A stretch of 64,000 nt of DNA. Origin: Eubacteriales bacterium (GTDB lineage Bacteria > Bacillota > Clostridia > Oscillospirales > CAG-272). Position numbers and translations under genes: made by a program. The notes below the pieces were generated by a model, which saw only the letters and a list, made by a program, of their open reading frames with translations, had not been told where the DNA came from and did no database searches. The stretch covers positions 196 to 64,195 of the forward strand of contig JAZKYZ010000064.1 of the NCBI GenBank assembly GCA_045612385.1, in the 5' to 3' direction. Below, piece by piece: positions 35,315-46,350 of this stretch (positions are counted from its first letter, which is position 1; each line of letters starts with the position of its first letter).

Positions 35315-37285
35315 GTGGAACGTAAAGGCACATTTAAACTTCATAGTGAATTTGAACCTATGGGCGATCAGCCGGCTGCGATTGACGGACTTGTGCGAGG
35401 GCTGGAAGCAGGCGAGCGAGCGCAAACGCTTCTTGGCGTGACGGGCTCTGGTAAAACCTTTACAATGGCGAATGTCATTGCGAGAATGAATCGACCTACA
35501 TTGGTGCTTGCGCATAACAAAACCCTTGCTGCCCAGCTTTGTACGGAATTTCGTTCTTTTTTTCCTGAAAATGCGGTAGAATACTTTGTTTCCTATTATG
35601 ACTATTACCAACCGGAAGCCTATATTCCCGGCAAGGATATGTATATTGAAAAGGATGCAATGGTCAATGATGAGATTGATATGCTTCGCCACAGTGCGAC
35701 GTCGGCGCTTTTTGAACGTCGGGATGTCATTATTGTTGCTTCCGTTTCCTGTATTTATTCGCTCGGTGACCCCAGCGAATACGAATCGCTCCTCATCTCC
35801 CTACGTCCAGGGATGGAAATGTCGCGTGAGGAGTTGATTCGTCGACTGGTCAGCATCAGTTACGAAAGAAATGATATGAATTTTGTTCGCGACAAGTTTC
35901 GTGTACGTGGAGATGTTGTCGAGATTTACCCTGCCTCCTCTACGGCAGAGCGTGCGATTCGTGTTGAGTTTTTCGGAGATGAAATTGACAGGTTATCTCG
36001 CATCAATACCGTGACTGGAGAAATTGTCGAACGTCTTTCCTACGTTGCGATTTTCCCTGCGACTCACTATGCCGTATCGGATGAGAAACGTGAGGCAGCG
36101 CTCTCGGAAATCGAGGAAGAAATGCTGGAGCGTGTCGAGTTTTTCAAGAGTCAGAATAAACTGATCGAAGCGCAACGTATTGAGGAACGCACCCGTTACG
36201 ATATTGAAATGTTGCGTGAGGTCGGTTTTTGCTCAGGTGTCGAAAATTACTCCCGTGTGCTTGCGAGAAGGGAGCCTGGCTCCACCCCCTTTACCCTTCT
36301 TGACTATATGCCGAAGGATTTTATTTTGTTTATTGATGAATCCCACGTTACGCTTCCACAGGTACGTGGTATGAGTGGAGGAGATTTTGCACGCAAGAAA
36401 AATCTTGTAGAATATGGTTTTCGCCTCCCCTCTGCTTTTGATAATCGTCCCCTCTTTTTTGAGGAATTTGAAGAAAAAATCGGACAGATGATTTTTGTGA
36501 GCGCCACACCTGCCGAATATGAAAAACAACAAAGCTCCTCCTATGTGGAGCAGCTCATTCGTCCCACAGGACTTGTCGACCCACGTATTGATGTGCGCCC
36601 CGTAGAGGGGCAGGTGGATGACCTGATTTCCGAAATCCGTGAGACGACGGCTCGTGGAGAAAAGGTTCTCGTTACCACTCTGACTAAAAAAATGGCAGAG
36701 GATCTTACAGAATACCTGAAAACACACGAAATTAAAGTCAAATACATTCACCATCAGGTGGAAACGATTGAGAGAATGCAAATTATCCGAGATATGCGAC
36801 TCGGTGAATTTGATGTCCTTGTTGGTATCAACCTGCTTCGTGAGGGTCTTGACATTCCCGAAGTTTCCCTTGTCGCCATCTTGGATGCAGATAAGGAAGG
36901 CTTCCTTCGTAGCGAAACCTCACTCATTCAGACCGTCGGCAGATGCGCCCGTAACGTGAACGGCCACGTCATTATGTATGCCGACACGATCACACGCTCT
37001 ATGCGTGGCGCAATCAATGAAACCAATCGTCGTCGCGCCATTCAAATGGCTTTCAACGAGGAACACGGTATCATCCCTCGCTCTGTTGAAAAGAAGGTAG
37101 CCGATATCATTGAAATCGGCAAAAAGACGAAGGGAGAGGGCAAGCGTGAAAAACTTTCTCCTGTCGAGCGTGCGAAGCTTATCGAGCGCCTGACCGAAGA
37201 GATGAAGGAAGCCTCCCGTATGCTTGAATTTGAGAAAGCGGCATATCTTCGTGATCGCATCCGTGACTTACGCACTACAAAATAA
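35315..37285 (+). CDS. uvrB: Excinuclease ABC subunit B
   Basis: ...PMGDQPAAI..., GVTGSGKT and the C-terminal UVR motif. GTG at 35315 sits 8 nt after GGGAGG (alternative GTG at 35306). Confidence 0.95.
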   Translation: MERKGTFKLHSEFEPMGDQPAAIDGLVRGLEAGERAQTLLGVTGSGKTFTMANVIARMNRPTLVLAHNKTLAAQLCTEFRSFFPENAVEYFVSYYDYYQPEAYIPGKDMYIEKDAMVNDEIDMLRHSATSALFERRDVIIVASVSCIYSLGDPSEYESLLISLRPGMEMSREELIRRLVSISYERNDMNFVRDKFRVRGDVVEIYPASSTAERAIRVEFFGDEIDRLSRINTVTGEIVERLSYVAIFPATHYAVSDEKREAALSEIEEEMLERVEFFKSQNKLIEAQRIEERTRYDIEMLREVGFCSGVENYSRVLARREPGSTPFTLLDYMPKDFILFIDESHVTLPQVRGMSGGDFARKKNLVEYGFRLPSAFDNRPLFFEEFEEKIGQMIFVSATPAEYEKQQSSSYVEQLIRPTGLVDPRIDVRPVEGQVDDLISEIRETTARGEKVLVTTLTKKMAEDLTEYLKTHEIKVKYIHHQVETIERMQIIRDMRLGEFDVLVGINLLREGLDIPEVSLVAILDADKEGFLRSETSLIQTVGRCARNVNGHVIMYADTITRSMRGAINETNRRRAIQMAFNEEHGIIPRSVEKKVADIIEIGKKTKGEGKREKLSPVERAKLIERLTEEMKEASRMLEFEKAAYLRDRIRDLRTTK

Positions 37286-37300
37286 GAAAAAAGGACGCTT

Positions 37301-40132
37301 ATGGCTAAATATATTACAATCAAGGGAGCGAGAGTCAACAACCTGAAAAATATTGATCTCGTCATCCCACGTGATAAACTTGTTGTACTCACCGGTCTTT
37401 CCGGTAGTGGAAAATCCTCTTTGGCATTCGATACCCTCTATGCAGAAGGGCATCGTCGTTTTGTTGAGTCCCTCTCCTCCTATGCGAGAATGTTTCTCGG
37501 TCAGATGGACAAGCCAGACGTCGAATCTATTGAGGGGCTTTCTCCGGCTATTTCGATTGACCAGAAAACCACATCCAAAAACCCACGCTCTACCGTAGGC
37601 ACCGTAACGGAAATTTATGACTATCTCCGTCTGCTGTATGCGCGTGTGGGTATTCCCCATTGTCCCATTTGTGGCAAGGAAATCAAGCAGCAAACCCTCG
37701 ATCAGATCGTTGATAAAATCTTAACGCTGGAAGAGGGAACTCGCTTCCTCATCCTCGCACCTGTTGTATATGCCCAAAAGGGTATGCACGAAAAGGTGTT
37801 TGAAGCAGCGCGTAAGAGTGGTTATGCCAGAGTACGTGTGGATGGCAATATGTATGATCTCTCCGAAAAAATCCAACTGGATAAAAATATCAAGCACACC
37901 ATAGATATCGTGCTTGACCGTTTGGTGATGCGTGGGGATATCCGTTCCCGTCTTTCCGATTCTGTGGAGAGCGCGCTTCGCGAGGCAGATGGAAAGGTGC
38001 TGATCGTCACCGTTCCTCGTGATGGAGAAGAGGAACAGGAATTTGTTTTCTCTCAAAAATACGCCTGTGAAGAACACGGAGTTGGTTTTCCTGAACTTGA
38101 GCCGAGAATGTTTTCTTTCAATAACCCCATTGGCGCGTGTCCGGCGTGTTCGGGTATCGGAAACTCGCAAGAGGTTTCCATAGAGAAACTTCTTCCTCAT
38201 AAAGAGTTATCCCTTCGCACTGGCGCGATTGCTGTCAACGGCTTTAAAACAATGACAGAGGATTCGTGGACAGGTCCCCTGCTTGCTCGAGTGGGCGAGG
38301 ACTATGGCTTTACTCTGGATACCCCCATTCGTGATTTTACCCCTGAAGCGCTGGATGCCGTGATGTACGGCACAGGCACAAAAAAATATAGTGTTGTACG
38401 CTATTTTGGTGGCACCGGAAAAGAACAGACGACAACCTTTGACGGCATTGTGCATATTATAGAAAAGCGTATGAAAATGCAGGGAGGGGACTATTACCAG
38501 GAATTTATTGATGAAATTCCTTGTAAGGCTTGTCGTGGCAGGAGGCTTTCTGACCTCGTTCTCTCCGTCACTGTCGGAGGGCTGAACATTGATGAAATCT
38601 GTCGCCTGTCGATTGATAAAATGCTTAACTTTATCGACGGTCTCACCTTCTCGGAGGCGCAGTTCAAAATTGCAAAGGACGTCTTGAAGGAAATTCGGGA
38701 AAGATTGAATTTCCTTGTCAGCGTCGGTCTTGATTACCTCAATCTTGCTCGTACGGCAGGCACACTCTCTGGTGGCGAAGCGCAGAGAATTCGGCTGGCA
38801 ACACAGATAGGCTCTGCCTTAACAGGCGTGCTTTATATACTCGACGAGCCGAGCATAGGACTTCACCAAAGGGACAATGGAAAATTGATACGCACCCTTC
38901 TTCGCTTGCGTGATCTTGGCAATAGCGTTATTGTTGTAGAGCACGACGAAGAAACAATGCAGGAGGCCGATTTCATTGTCGATATCGGTCCCGGCGCAGG
39001 AATTCACGGTGGCGAGGTGGTTGCTGTTGGCACTCCCGCAGAGGTCGCAAAATGTAAAACCTCTATCACAGGTGATTATTTGTCAGGCAGAAGATGTATC
39101 CCTGTTCCCAAAACAAGACGTGAGGGCAATGGTCATTTTCTTTCCATTCGTGGCGCACAGGAAAATAACCTGAAAAACATTGATGTCGATATCCCACTTG
39201 GAAAGTTTGTTTGCGTCACTGGCGTTTCCGGCAGTGGAAAATCCTCGCTGATCAACTCCATTCTCTATAATCGTTTGGCACGCGACCTTAATCGCGCTAT
39301 CACCTATCCTGGACGTGTTCGTGAGGTGTTTGGTCTGGAACATCTGGATAAGGTTATCGCTATCGACCAAAGTCCTATCGGGCGCACGCCTCGCTCCAAT
39401 CCTGCGACCTATACAGGTCTGTTTACCGATATCCGTACGCTTTATGCTCAGACTCCGGATGCCAAAGCGCGTGGTTATGATGCGGGACGCTTCTCCTTCA
39501 ATGTTCGTGGTGGACGTTGTGAAGCTTGTCAGGGAGATGGCGTAATGTGCATTGAGATGAACTTCCTTCCTGACGTTTATGTCAAGTGTGAGGTCTGTCG
39601 AGGTATGAGATATAATCGTGATACCTTAGAGGTCAAATATAAGGGAAAGAACATCTATGATGTTCTTGAAATGTCAGTGGAAGAAGGACTTGCGCATTTT
39701 CAAGGACTTCCACAAATCACTAAAAAACTTCAAACTCTCTATGACGTTGGTCTGGGTTATATTAAAATCGGTCAATCTTCGACCACACTTTCGGGTGGTG
39801 AGGCGCAACGTGTGAAACTGGCAACCGAACTTTCCAAGCGTTCGACAGGTCGCACCGTGTATATTTTGGATGAGCCGACAACGGGTCTACACACAGAGGA
39901 CGTTTCTAAACTGATTTTGATTTTGCAACGCCTTGCCGATCAGGGAAATACCGTGATCGTCATTGAGCATAACCTTGACTTCATCAAGACGGCAGACCAT
40001 ATCATTGATCTCGGCCCCGAAGGTGGAGACGGTGGTGGACTTGTCATTGCACAGGGAACCCCTGAAGAAGTCGCTGAAGTTGAAGGATCCTACACAGGTC
40101 AATATCTTCGTAAGAAACTGAAAGGAGAGTAG
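37301..40132 (+). CDS. uvrA: Excinuclease ABC subunit A
   Basis: 943 aa with two ABC ATPase modules ([12 protein letters not shown] and [10 protein letters not shown]) and zinc-finger Cys clusters. Confidence 0.95.
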   Translation: MAKYITIKGARVNNLKNIDLVIPRDKLVVLTGLSGSGKSSLAFDTLYAEGHRRFVESLSSYARMFLGQMDKPDVESIEGLSPAISIDQKTTSKNPRSTVGTVTEIYDYLRLLYARVGIPHCPICGKEIKQQTLDQIVDKILTLEEGTRFLILAPVVYAQKGMHEKVFEAARKSGYARVRVDGNMYDLSEKIQLDKNIKHTIDIVLDRLVMRGDIRSRLSDSVESALREADGKVLIVTVPRDGEEEQEFVFSQKYACEEHGVGFPELEPRMFSFNNPIGACPACSGIGNSQEVSIEKLLPHKELSLRTGAIAVNGFKTMTEDSWTGPLLARVGEDYGFTLDTPIRDFTPEALDAVMYGTGTKKYSVVRYFGGTGKEQTTTFDGIVHIIEKRMKMQGGDYYQEFIDEIPCKACRGRRLSDLVLSVTVGGLNIDEICRLSIDKMLNFIDGLTFSEAQFKIAKDVLKEIRERLNFLVSVGLDYLNLARTAGTLSGGEAQRIRLATQIGSALTGVLYILDEPSIGLHQRDNGKLIRTLLRLRDLGNSVIVVEHDEETMQEADFIVDIGPGAGIHGGEVVAVGTPAEVAKCKTSITGDYLSGRRCIPVPKTRREGNGHFLSIRGAQENNLKNIDVDIPLGKFVCVTGVSGSGKSSLINSILYNRLARDLNRAITYPGRVREVFGLEHLDKVIAIDQSPIGRTPRSNPATYTGLFTDIRTLYAQTPDAKARGYDAGRFSFNVRGGRCEACQGDGVMCIEMNFLPDVYVKCEVCRGMRYNRDTLEVKYKGKNIYDVLEMSVEEGLAHFQGLPQITKKLQTLYDVGLGYIKIGQSSTTLSGGEAQRVKLATELSKRSTGRTVYILDEPTTGLHTEDVSKLILILQRLADQGNTVIVIEHNLDFIKTADHIIDLGPEGGDGGGLVIAQGTPEEVAEVEGSYTGQYLRKKLKGE

Positions 40133-40133
40133 T

Positions 40134-40697
40134 ATGTATTACGGCAATATCAAACGTAGTGATATCGCCAATGGCGAGGGCATTCGCACCACCCTCTTTG
40201 TCAGTGGTTGTCGGAATTATTGCAAGAATTGCTTTAACCCCGAAACCTGGAACTTTAATTACGGTGAGCCCTTTACGGAGGAGGTGGAGGAATATATTTT
40301 CTCCACGTTCAAAAATCCGGTAGTCGCAGGACTAACGATACTCGGTGGCGAGCCAATGGAGCCCGAAAATCAAGAAGCGCTTTTGCCATTTCTTCGGCGC
40401 TTTAAAGAGCGTTTTCCTGAGAAAACCATATGGCTTTTTACAGGAAATCTTTACGAAGAGTTAACGGGCGAGATGGGAGAGCATCCAAAATGCCTCCCCA
40501 TCACCAAAGAGATTCTCAGCCTTGTGGATATCCTTGTGGACGGAAGATTCGAGGAGGAGAAGAAGAGCATAGGTATCCGTTTTCGTGGCTCAACCAATCA
40601 ACGCATCATAGATATGAACAAAACCAGAAGTAACGGACAAATTGTTATTTGGGATGGATGCAAAGAAGATCGCATCTATTCCCGTCCGGAGGAGTAA
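40134..40697 (+). CDS. nrdG: Anaerobic ribonucleoside-triphosphate reductase activating protein (radical SAM)
   Basis: GIRTTLFVSGCRNYCKNCFNPETW is the NrdG-type CxxxCxxC signature. Confidence 0.8.
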   Translation: MYYGNIKRSDIANGEGIRTTLFVSGCRNYCKNCFNPETWNFNYGEPFTEEVEEYIFSTFKNPVVAGLTILGGEPMEPENQEALLPFLRRFKERFPEKTIWLFTGNLYEELTGEMGEHPKCLPITKEILSLVDILVDGRFEEEKKSIGIRFRGSTNQRIIDMNKTRSNGQIVIWDGCKEDRIYSRPEE

Positions 40698-40699
40698 AA

Positions 40700-41137
40700 A
40701 TGAATATCAATATCAAAAAACTGAACGAAAACGCCATTCTTCCTAAATACGGTACACCTTATTCTGCTGGCGCCGACCTCTCTTTATTGCCTGGTGAGAG
40801 TGTGACGATTCCCCCTCATCAAACCGTTCTTTGTCATACAGGTCTTGCAATGGAAATTCCTGAGGGGTATATGGGATTGATTTTTGCGCGCAGTGGACTT
40901 GCATCAAAGCGTGGGCTTGCTCCAGCGAATAAGGTCGGAGTCATCGACAGTGACTATCGTGGAGAATGTATGGTTGCTCTACATAACCATACCGACGAGG
41001 AACGCACCGTCGAGGGTGGCGAGAGAATTGCACAACTGGTCGTTGTTCCGTACCTCGCCTGTGATTTTATTGTTGTAGATGAACTTGAGCAAACTGTTCG
41101 TGGCGAAGGTGGATTTGGCTCCACTGGTAAAAAATAA
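40700..41137 (+). CDS. dut: dUTP diphosphatase
   Basis: SAGADL, GVIDSDYRGE and RGEGGFGSTG motifs. ATG 40700 follows GGAG. Confidence 0.9.
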   Translation: MNINIKKLNENAILPKYGTPYSAGADLSLLPGESVTIPPHQTVLCHTGLAMEIPEGYMGLIFARSGLASKRGLAPANKVGVIDSDYRGECMVALHNHTDEERTVEGGERIAQLVVVPYLACDFIVVDELEQTVRGEGGFGSTGKK

Positions 41138-41174
41138 ATAATTTGTAAACTATTATTAACAAAAAGGTGATATT

Positions 41175-42200
41175 ATGTTGAATTTTGCGAGTGATTATCT
41201 TGAAGGCGCGCACCCAGAAATACTGAACGCCTTGATAAAAAGCAATTTTGTGAGTTGCCCTGGATATGGGGATGATGTCTTTTGCCAAAGCGCAAAGGAA
41301 AAAATAAAAAGGGCGATCGGTCGGCAGGATGTGGATGTCTGGTTTTTGGTTGGTGGCACACAGACCAATCGTATTGTTATCAATTCTGCTCTTGCAATTT
41401 ATGAAGGCGTTGTCGCTCCCGATACTGGTCATATCAATACCCACGAATGTGGCGCGATTGAGCACTCAGGACATAAAGTAATTACCCTCCCTCAGCAGGA
41501 TGGAAAACTTTATGCAGACACCTTGAGGGATTATCTCGAAACCTTCTATCAGGATCAAAACCACGAAGCCTCTGTTTTTCCTGGAATGGTGTACATCTCT
41601 CATCCGACAGAACTTGGCACTCTCTATACCAAAGCAGAGCTCAAGGCGCTCTCCGAAGTGTGTAAGTCCTACGACCTCCCTCTATTTTTAGATGGCGCGC
41701 GACTTGGTTATGGTCTTGTCAGCCCTGCGAGCGATCTTTCCCTTCGTGAAATTTCCGAGCTTGTAGACGTTTTCTATATCGGAGGAACGAAGGTTGGCGC
41801 CCTTTGTGGAGAAGCTGTTGTCTTTACGAAAGGGAATACCCCGAAGCATTTTTATTCGACCATCAAGCAAAACGGCGCCCTTCTTGCTAAGGGTAGACTT
41901 CTTGGAGTGCAGTTTGATACTCTCTTTACGGACAATCTCTATTTTGAAATTTCTAAAAATGCCATTCGTCAAGCGCACAGACTTGTTTCGATTTTTGAGA
42001 AGAAGGGTTATCCCTTTTTCCTGAAAACGGACACCAACCAGCAGTTTGTTATTCTGGAAAATGCGACGATGGAGCGACTTTCAAAAGAAGTGATTTTTTC
42101 TTATTGGGAAAAGTATGACGATACACATACTGTTGTTCGTTTTTGCACAAGCTGGGCAACAACGGATGAGCAAATGGATGCTCTTGAGCGCATTCTATAA
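41175..42200 (+). CDS. Threonine aldolase-family PLP-dependent enzyme
   Basis: MLNFASDYLEGAHPEIL..., GGTQTN and GGTKVGA (PLP Lys region). Confidence 0.75.
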   Translation: MLNFASDYLEGAHPEILNALIKSNFVSCPGYGDDVFCQSAKEKIKRAIGRQDVDVWFLVGGTQTNRIVINSALAIYEGVVAPDTGHINTHECGAIEHSGHKVITLPQQDGKLYADTLRDYLETFYQDQNHEASVFPGMVYISHPTELGTLYTKAELKALSEVCKSYDLPLFLDGARLGYGLVSPASDLSLREISELVDVFYIGGTKVGALCGEAVVFTKGNTPKHFYSTIKQNGALLAKGRLLGVQFDTLFTDNLYFEISKNAIRQAHRLVSIFEKKGYPFFLKTDTNQQFVILENATMERLSKEVIFSYWEKYDDTHTVVRFCTSWATTDEQMDALERIL

Positions 42201-42206
42201 AGAAAA

Positions 42207-42237
42207 AAGGCTTTCCACTCAGGGGAAAGCCTTTTTT
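42207..42237 (+). terminator. Intrinsic terminator after the uvrB-to-aldolase gene string
   Basis: AAGGCTTTCC-ACTCAGG-GGAAAGCCTT followed by TTTTT. Confidence 0.75.
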
Positions 42238-42347
42238 ACAATTTGCCGAAATTTGTTGTGCAAGTCTACAAAAGCATTATATTTTTGTTGTATTTTTCAA
42301 TCATTTGTGTTAAAATGGAAAAAAAGAAAGCTATAGGAGTATATGCT

Positions 42348-43151
42348 ATGCCAATTCAATCCCTTTCGACCCTGATTCAGTCGAATATCGACCTTCGTCA
42401 CATTTCTGCTTTTTGTTTAAAATCGGAAAAAGGCTCGCTTGGCTCTGCTACGATAGACAAGCCTCGCCAGCGCTCGGCGCTTGTTTATGTAGACGGTGTC
42501 TTAACTGTGCAGTTTGCTAACAAAAAAGTCACCTATTCTACGGGCGATCTTCTCTTTTTCCCACACGGGGCAAGTTATTCGCTTTATTATAACGAAACCA
42601 CCACGCAATATGGTGTGAACTTTATTCTTTTGGATGAAAACGGCGAGGAAATTATCCCCTTTGATGTTCCTACGCTTCTTGCCGACAATACGCAGGATAG
42701 TCTGATTGTGGAGCAATTTGTCCGTTGCGTCAATATGTATCGGACGTCCACCAACCGTATTGCCCTCAAAGGTGAGGTGTTCTCGCTTTTTTCCACTGCG
42801 ATTGTTACATACACAACCAAAAAAGCTCCCGCAGGAATTCAACCTGCGATTGATATTATACGCAATAGTATTCACGACGAACTTCGCATTGCCGATCTTG
42901 CGCTTACTTGTGGTATGAGCGAAAGCACCTTCCGTCGGGAATTCCATCGTTATGCAGGTGTTAGCCCGAAACAGTACATTCTGGATCGTAAACTCAATAA
43001 AGCAAAGCAAATGCTTCGCTCTGGTTATTATCCAATCAAGGAAATATGTATGATACTCGGCTTTTTTGATGATGCTTATTTTTCCAAAATCTTCAAAAAG
43101 AGTACGGGAATGACACCAATGCAGTATGCCGAGAAGGCAGGAAAAAAATGA
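42348..43151 (+). CDS. AraC-family transcriptional regulator
   Basis: Cupin-like N-terminus and a C-terminal AraC HTH (LTCGMSESTFRREFHRYAGVSPKQY...GFFDDAYFSKIFKK). AGGAG RBS precedes ATG 42348. Confidence 0.85.
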   Translation: MPIQSLSTLIQSNIDLRHISAFCLKSEKGSLGSATIDKPRQRSALVYVDGVLTVQFANKKVTYSTGDLLFFPHGASYSLYYNETTTQYGVNFILLDENGEEIIPFDVPTLLADNTQDSLIVEQFVRCVNMYRTSTNRIALKGEVFSLFSTAIVTYTTKKAPAGIQPAIDIIRNSIHDELRIADLALTCGMSESTFRREFHRYAGVSPKQYILDRKLNKAKQMLRSGYYPIKEICMILGFFDDAYFSKIFKKSTGMTPMQYAEKAGKK

Positions 43152-43152
43152 T

Positions 43153-44118
43153 ATGGCTACGCTTATCCCCTCGTTTTATCCGGCATTTCGTTGCGACCCC
43201 TCTGCGTGTCATCATTCCTGTTGTATCGAATGGGAAATTGACATTGACGAGGAGAGCCTTGTTCGCTATCACGCGCGAACAGATGACTTGGCGAAGCATA
43301 TCTTGGCGCATATCGTAAATACGCCAACGCCTCATTTTTCCTTGTGCGAAGGAGAGAGATGTCCTTTCTTACAAGGAGATGGTCTTTGTTCCATTATTTT
43401 GGCAGAAGGGCAGGGAACACTTCCTGAAATTTGTCGGGAGCATCCTCGCTTTCGCAACTTCTACGGAGGAAACCTTGTTGAGTTATCTGTGGGACTTTCC
43501 TGTGAAATCGCAGTCACCCTTCTTCTAAAAGAAGAAAATCTTGATTTTCTTATGTCGGCAAACGATATGGATGCGCTCACTGACCTCGACAGTTTGTCTT
43601 TTGTTGAATTTGATGAAAAATTTGATACGCCAAACGAATACGATATCCTTTTTCTTCAAAAGAAATATCAGATTATTCGTTCCTTTTTGCGCTCCAACCT
43701 CTCGTTTGATGAACTGGCAAAAAACGCTCTTGACACGCTCGCTATCCATAATTACTGCGAGAATAGTTATCGTGCGCAACTGGCTCTCTCCACCCTTGAA
43801 ACCTTGAACACTGATTTTTCTACCCTTTTTCAGCGAGCATCAAACACAGAGGAATTAAAAAAGCAAGGAGAAAAATTGCTTTTAGCCGATAGCGAAAAGA
43901 AAAGGCTGTTGGTTATGACTTTTTTCCGTCACGCAAATACTGAGAGCTTTTATTCTATGGAAAGCGCTTTTGCTTTTTCCTTGTTCTTTGTCTCTCTTGT
44001 TGACGTTCTCATCTTGGAAATGAATATAGATAAGGTAGAAGCCATCCGTATTCTATCATCCGAAATCGAATACAGCCAAGAAAATACCGATATCCTGCTC
44101 GATATTTTTGATGTTTGA
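43153..44118 (+). CDS. FliB-family (flagellin lysine-N-methylase-like) Cys-rich protein
   Basis: FRCDPSACHHSCCIEWEIDID...CPFLQGDGLCSI resembles the FliB/YkgJ CxxCxxCC family. Confidence 0.55.
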   Translation: MATLIPSFYPAFRCDPSACHHSCCIEWEIDIDEESLVRYHARTDDLAKHILAHIVNTPTPHFSLCEGERCPFLQGDGLCSIILAEGQGTLPEICREHPRFRNFYGGNLVELSVGLSCEIAVTLLLKEENLDFLMSANDMDALTDLDSLSFVEFDEKFDTPNEYDILFLQKKYQIIRSFLRSNLSFDELAKNALDTLAIHNYCENSYRAQLALSTLETLNTDFSTLFQRASNTEELKKQGEKLLLADSEKKRLLVMTFFRHANTESFYSMESAFAFSLFFVSLVDVLILEMNIDKVEAIRILSSEIEYSQENTDILLDIFDV

Positions 44119-44519
44119 GGTATGCGAACTCCTCGCCTACGGCGACGAAGTTCGTTCGATACAGGAGCACAAAAAAAAGAAGGACAACCACGAGGGTTGT
44201 CCGCTCCTGCGGAGTAGACGCTTCGCCTACGGCTACGCTATATACCTCGCTATGCGAGGTATGCGAACTCCTCGCCTACGGCGACGAAGTTCGTTCGATA
44301 CAGGAGCACAAAAAAAAGAAGGATGACCGTTCGGTCATCCTGCGAAACAAATGTTTCGCATATAACGGTACGTATTTTTTGGAGAAGACGCTTCGCCTAC
44401 GGCTACGCTATATACCTCGCTATGCGAGGTATGCGAACTCCTCGCCTACGGCGACGAAGTTCGTTCGATACAGGAGCACAAAAAAAGAAGGACAACCACG
44501 AGGGTTGTCCTTCTTTTTT
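44119..44519. repeat. Three tandem units (139- and 170-bp spacing) immediately 3' of tRNA-Lys
   Basis: GGTATGCGAACTCCTCGCCTACGGCGACGAAGTTCGTTCGATACAGGAGCAC plus an A-run plus a hairpin starts at 44119, 44258 and 44428. The first copy begins 1 nt after the fliB-like stop codon. Confidence 0.9.
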
Positions 44520-44595
44520 TGGTGCTCCTGCGGAGAATCGAACTCCGGACACCTTGATTAAAAGTCAAGTGCTCTACCAGCTGAGCTACAGGGGC
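44520..44595 (-). tRNA. tRNA-Lys (anticodon UUU)
   Basis: GCCCCTGTAGCTCAGCTGGTAGAGCACTTGACTTTTAATCAAGG...GGAGTTCGATTCTCCGCAGGAGCACCA. Canonical D and T arms. Confidence 0.9.
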
Positions 44596-44614
44596 AAATC
44601 AATCACGCTTAAAT

Positions 44615-44643
44615 ATAATAACATAAAAGTTTTGCTTTGTCAA
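44615..44643 (-). promoter_or_regulatory. Sigma-A-type promoter of tRNA-Lys
   Basis: Minus strand reads TTGACA, 17 nt, TATTAT, about 19 nt upstream of the tRNA. Confidence 0.55.
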
Positions 44644-44784
44644 GGCTTTTTTTGCAAAAAAGGGAAAGTTTTTTTAAAAAATAGCTTTCGTGAAAAAGGG
44701 AATAAAAATGGATTAAAAAGTTTCTCCTCGCTAAAGTAGAAAAGAGAGCTTGCGCTAAATGGCAAACTCTCTTTTGCATTTATA

Positions 44785-46005
44785 TTATTCGAGTATAAAT
44801 TTTGCGAAGCTCTTTTTGCCTCTCTTGACAAGAACACCACCCTGAAGCGCATCCTCCGTAACGCAAGCGTAAACGTCGGAAATCTTTTCGCCATCTACGC
44901 TGACAGCCCCCTGCTGAATGGCTCTTCTGCCTTCCGATTTGGAGGGAACCATCTTGGCAAGAACGAGCAGGGAATTGATATCGACTTTACCATCGACAAG
45001 CATTTCCTTCGGTACTTCAACGGCAGGAGTAAGCTCGCTTGATCCTTGTGCAAAGAGCGCGCGAGAAGCGTCACGTGCTTTTGTTGCTTCCTCTTCGCCG
45101 TGAACAAGTTTAGTAAGCTCATAAGCGAGAATTTCCTTCGCCTCGTTGAGTTTCGCTCCTTCCCAAGAATCCATTGCATTGATTTCTTCAATCGGCAGGA
45201 AGGTAAGCATACGAATACACTTGAGAACATCTGCATCTGCAACATTTCTCCAGTACTGGTAGAACTCATAGGGAGAGGTCTTGTTCGGGTCAAGCCATAC
45301 AGCATTTCCAGCAGTTTTGCCCATCTTCTTGCCCTGCGAGTCGGTCAGCAGAGTAATCGTCATAGCGTGCGCATCCTTGCCGAGTTTACGACGGATCAGT
45401 TCAGTACCACCGAGCATATTCGACCACTGGTCGTCACCACCAAATTGCATATTGCATCCGTATTCACGGAACAGATGATAGAAGTCGTAGGACTGCATAA
45501 TCATATAGTTGAACTCTAAGAAGGAAAGTCCCTTTTCCATTCTTTGCTTATAGCACTCTGCTGTAAGCATTCTGTTAACGGAGAAGCAAGCGCCAACCTC
45601 ACGGAGAAGGTCGACATAGTTGAGCGAAAGAAGCCAGTCGGCGTTGTTTAACATCATAGCCTTGCCTTCGCCAAATTCAATAAATTTCTCCATCTGCTTT
45701 TTGAAGCAAAGCGCGTTATGCTCAATGTCCTCTTTGGTGAGCATCTTTCTCATATCGCTTCTGCCAGAGGGGTCACCAATCATTGTCGTACCACCACCAA
45801 TGAGCGCAATGGGCTTGTTGCCTGCCATTTGCAATCTCTTCATCAGGGTCAATGCCATAAAGTGACCTGCCGTAAGGCTATCTGCCGTACAGTCAAAACC
45901 AATGTAGAAGGTAGCCTTGCCTTCGTTAATCATTGTTCTGATTTCTTCTTCGTTCGTAACCTGCGCAATCAAGCCACGAGCGACGAGTTCCTCATAAATT
46001 TTCAT
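44785..46005 (-). CDS. tyrS: Tyrosine--tRNA ligase
   Basis: 406 aa with a KMGKT (KMSKS-type) motif and a C-terminal S4-like domain. Confidence 0.95.
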   Translation of the reverse strand: MKIYEELVARGLIAQVTNEEEIRTMINEGKATFYIGFDCTADSLTAGHFMALTLMKRLQMAGNKPIALIGGGTTMIGDPSGRSDMRKMLTKEDIEHNALCFKKQMEKFIEFGEGKAMMLNNADWLLSLNYVDLLREVGACFSVNRMLTAECYKQRMEKGLSFLEFNYMIMQSYDFYHLFREYGCNMQFGGDDQWSNMLGGTELIRRKLGKDAHAMTITLLTDSQGKKMGKTAGNAVWLDPNKTSPYEFYQYWRNVADADVLKCIRMLTFLPIEEINAMDSWEGAKLNEAKEILAYELTKLVHGEEEATKARDASRALFAQGSSELTPAVEVPKEMLVDGKVDINSLLVLAKMVPSKSEGRRAIQQGAVSVDGEKISDVYACVTEDALQGGVLVKRGKKSFAKFILE

Positions 46006-46036
46006 AGAATTACTCCTTTATGTAAATAATTATTAG

Positions 46037-46298
46037 CAAAAACAAAAAGTCCTTGAGCATTACGCTCAAGGACGAATAATCGTGTTACCACCTTGATTCA
46101 CCTTTTTTTTACAAAAAAGGCCTCATTGACTACCAACATAGTCGTCTCCTGTAACGGGAAGCTCCCGTCGTAGCCTACACACCAAAATCGGCTTCGGTAC
46201 GCACTCAAAGAGGTATTCGCAAGAGATCCTTTGCGCCTCTCATCACCCGGCAACTTTCTGTGAAAGAACTCATCTTGTTACTATTTCTTATCTTCGCT
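46037..46298 (-). promoter_or_regulatory. T-box leader (tyrosine) regulating tyrS
   Basis: Minus strand carries the T-box sequence AATCAAGGTGGTAACACG, then terminator GTCCTTGAGC-GTAAT-GCTCAAGGAC-TTTTTG. UAC triplets are present in stem I candidates. Confidence 0.8.
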
Positions 46299-46305
46299 TT
46301 TCTCT

Positions 46306-46334
46306 ATTATAACAAATAGATACGTTTTTGTCAA
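46306..46334 (-). promoter_or_regulatory. Sigma-A promoter of the tyrS T-box leader
   Basis: Minus strand reads TTGACA, 17 nt, TATAAT. Confidence 0.65.
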
Positions 46335-46350
46335 GTGGCTTTTTTCTTTT

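Noticed and set aside
44108-44739. Overlapping plus-strand ORFs (72, 148 and 138 aa) across the tRNA-Lys repeat array and the tRNA itself
   Set aside because: They run through tandem repeats, terminator hairpins and a tRNA gene. Their sequences are repeat-driven (RRRSSFDTGAQKK...). They have no RBS.
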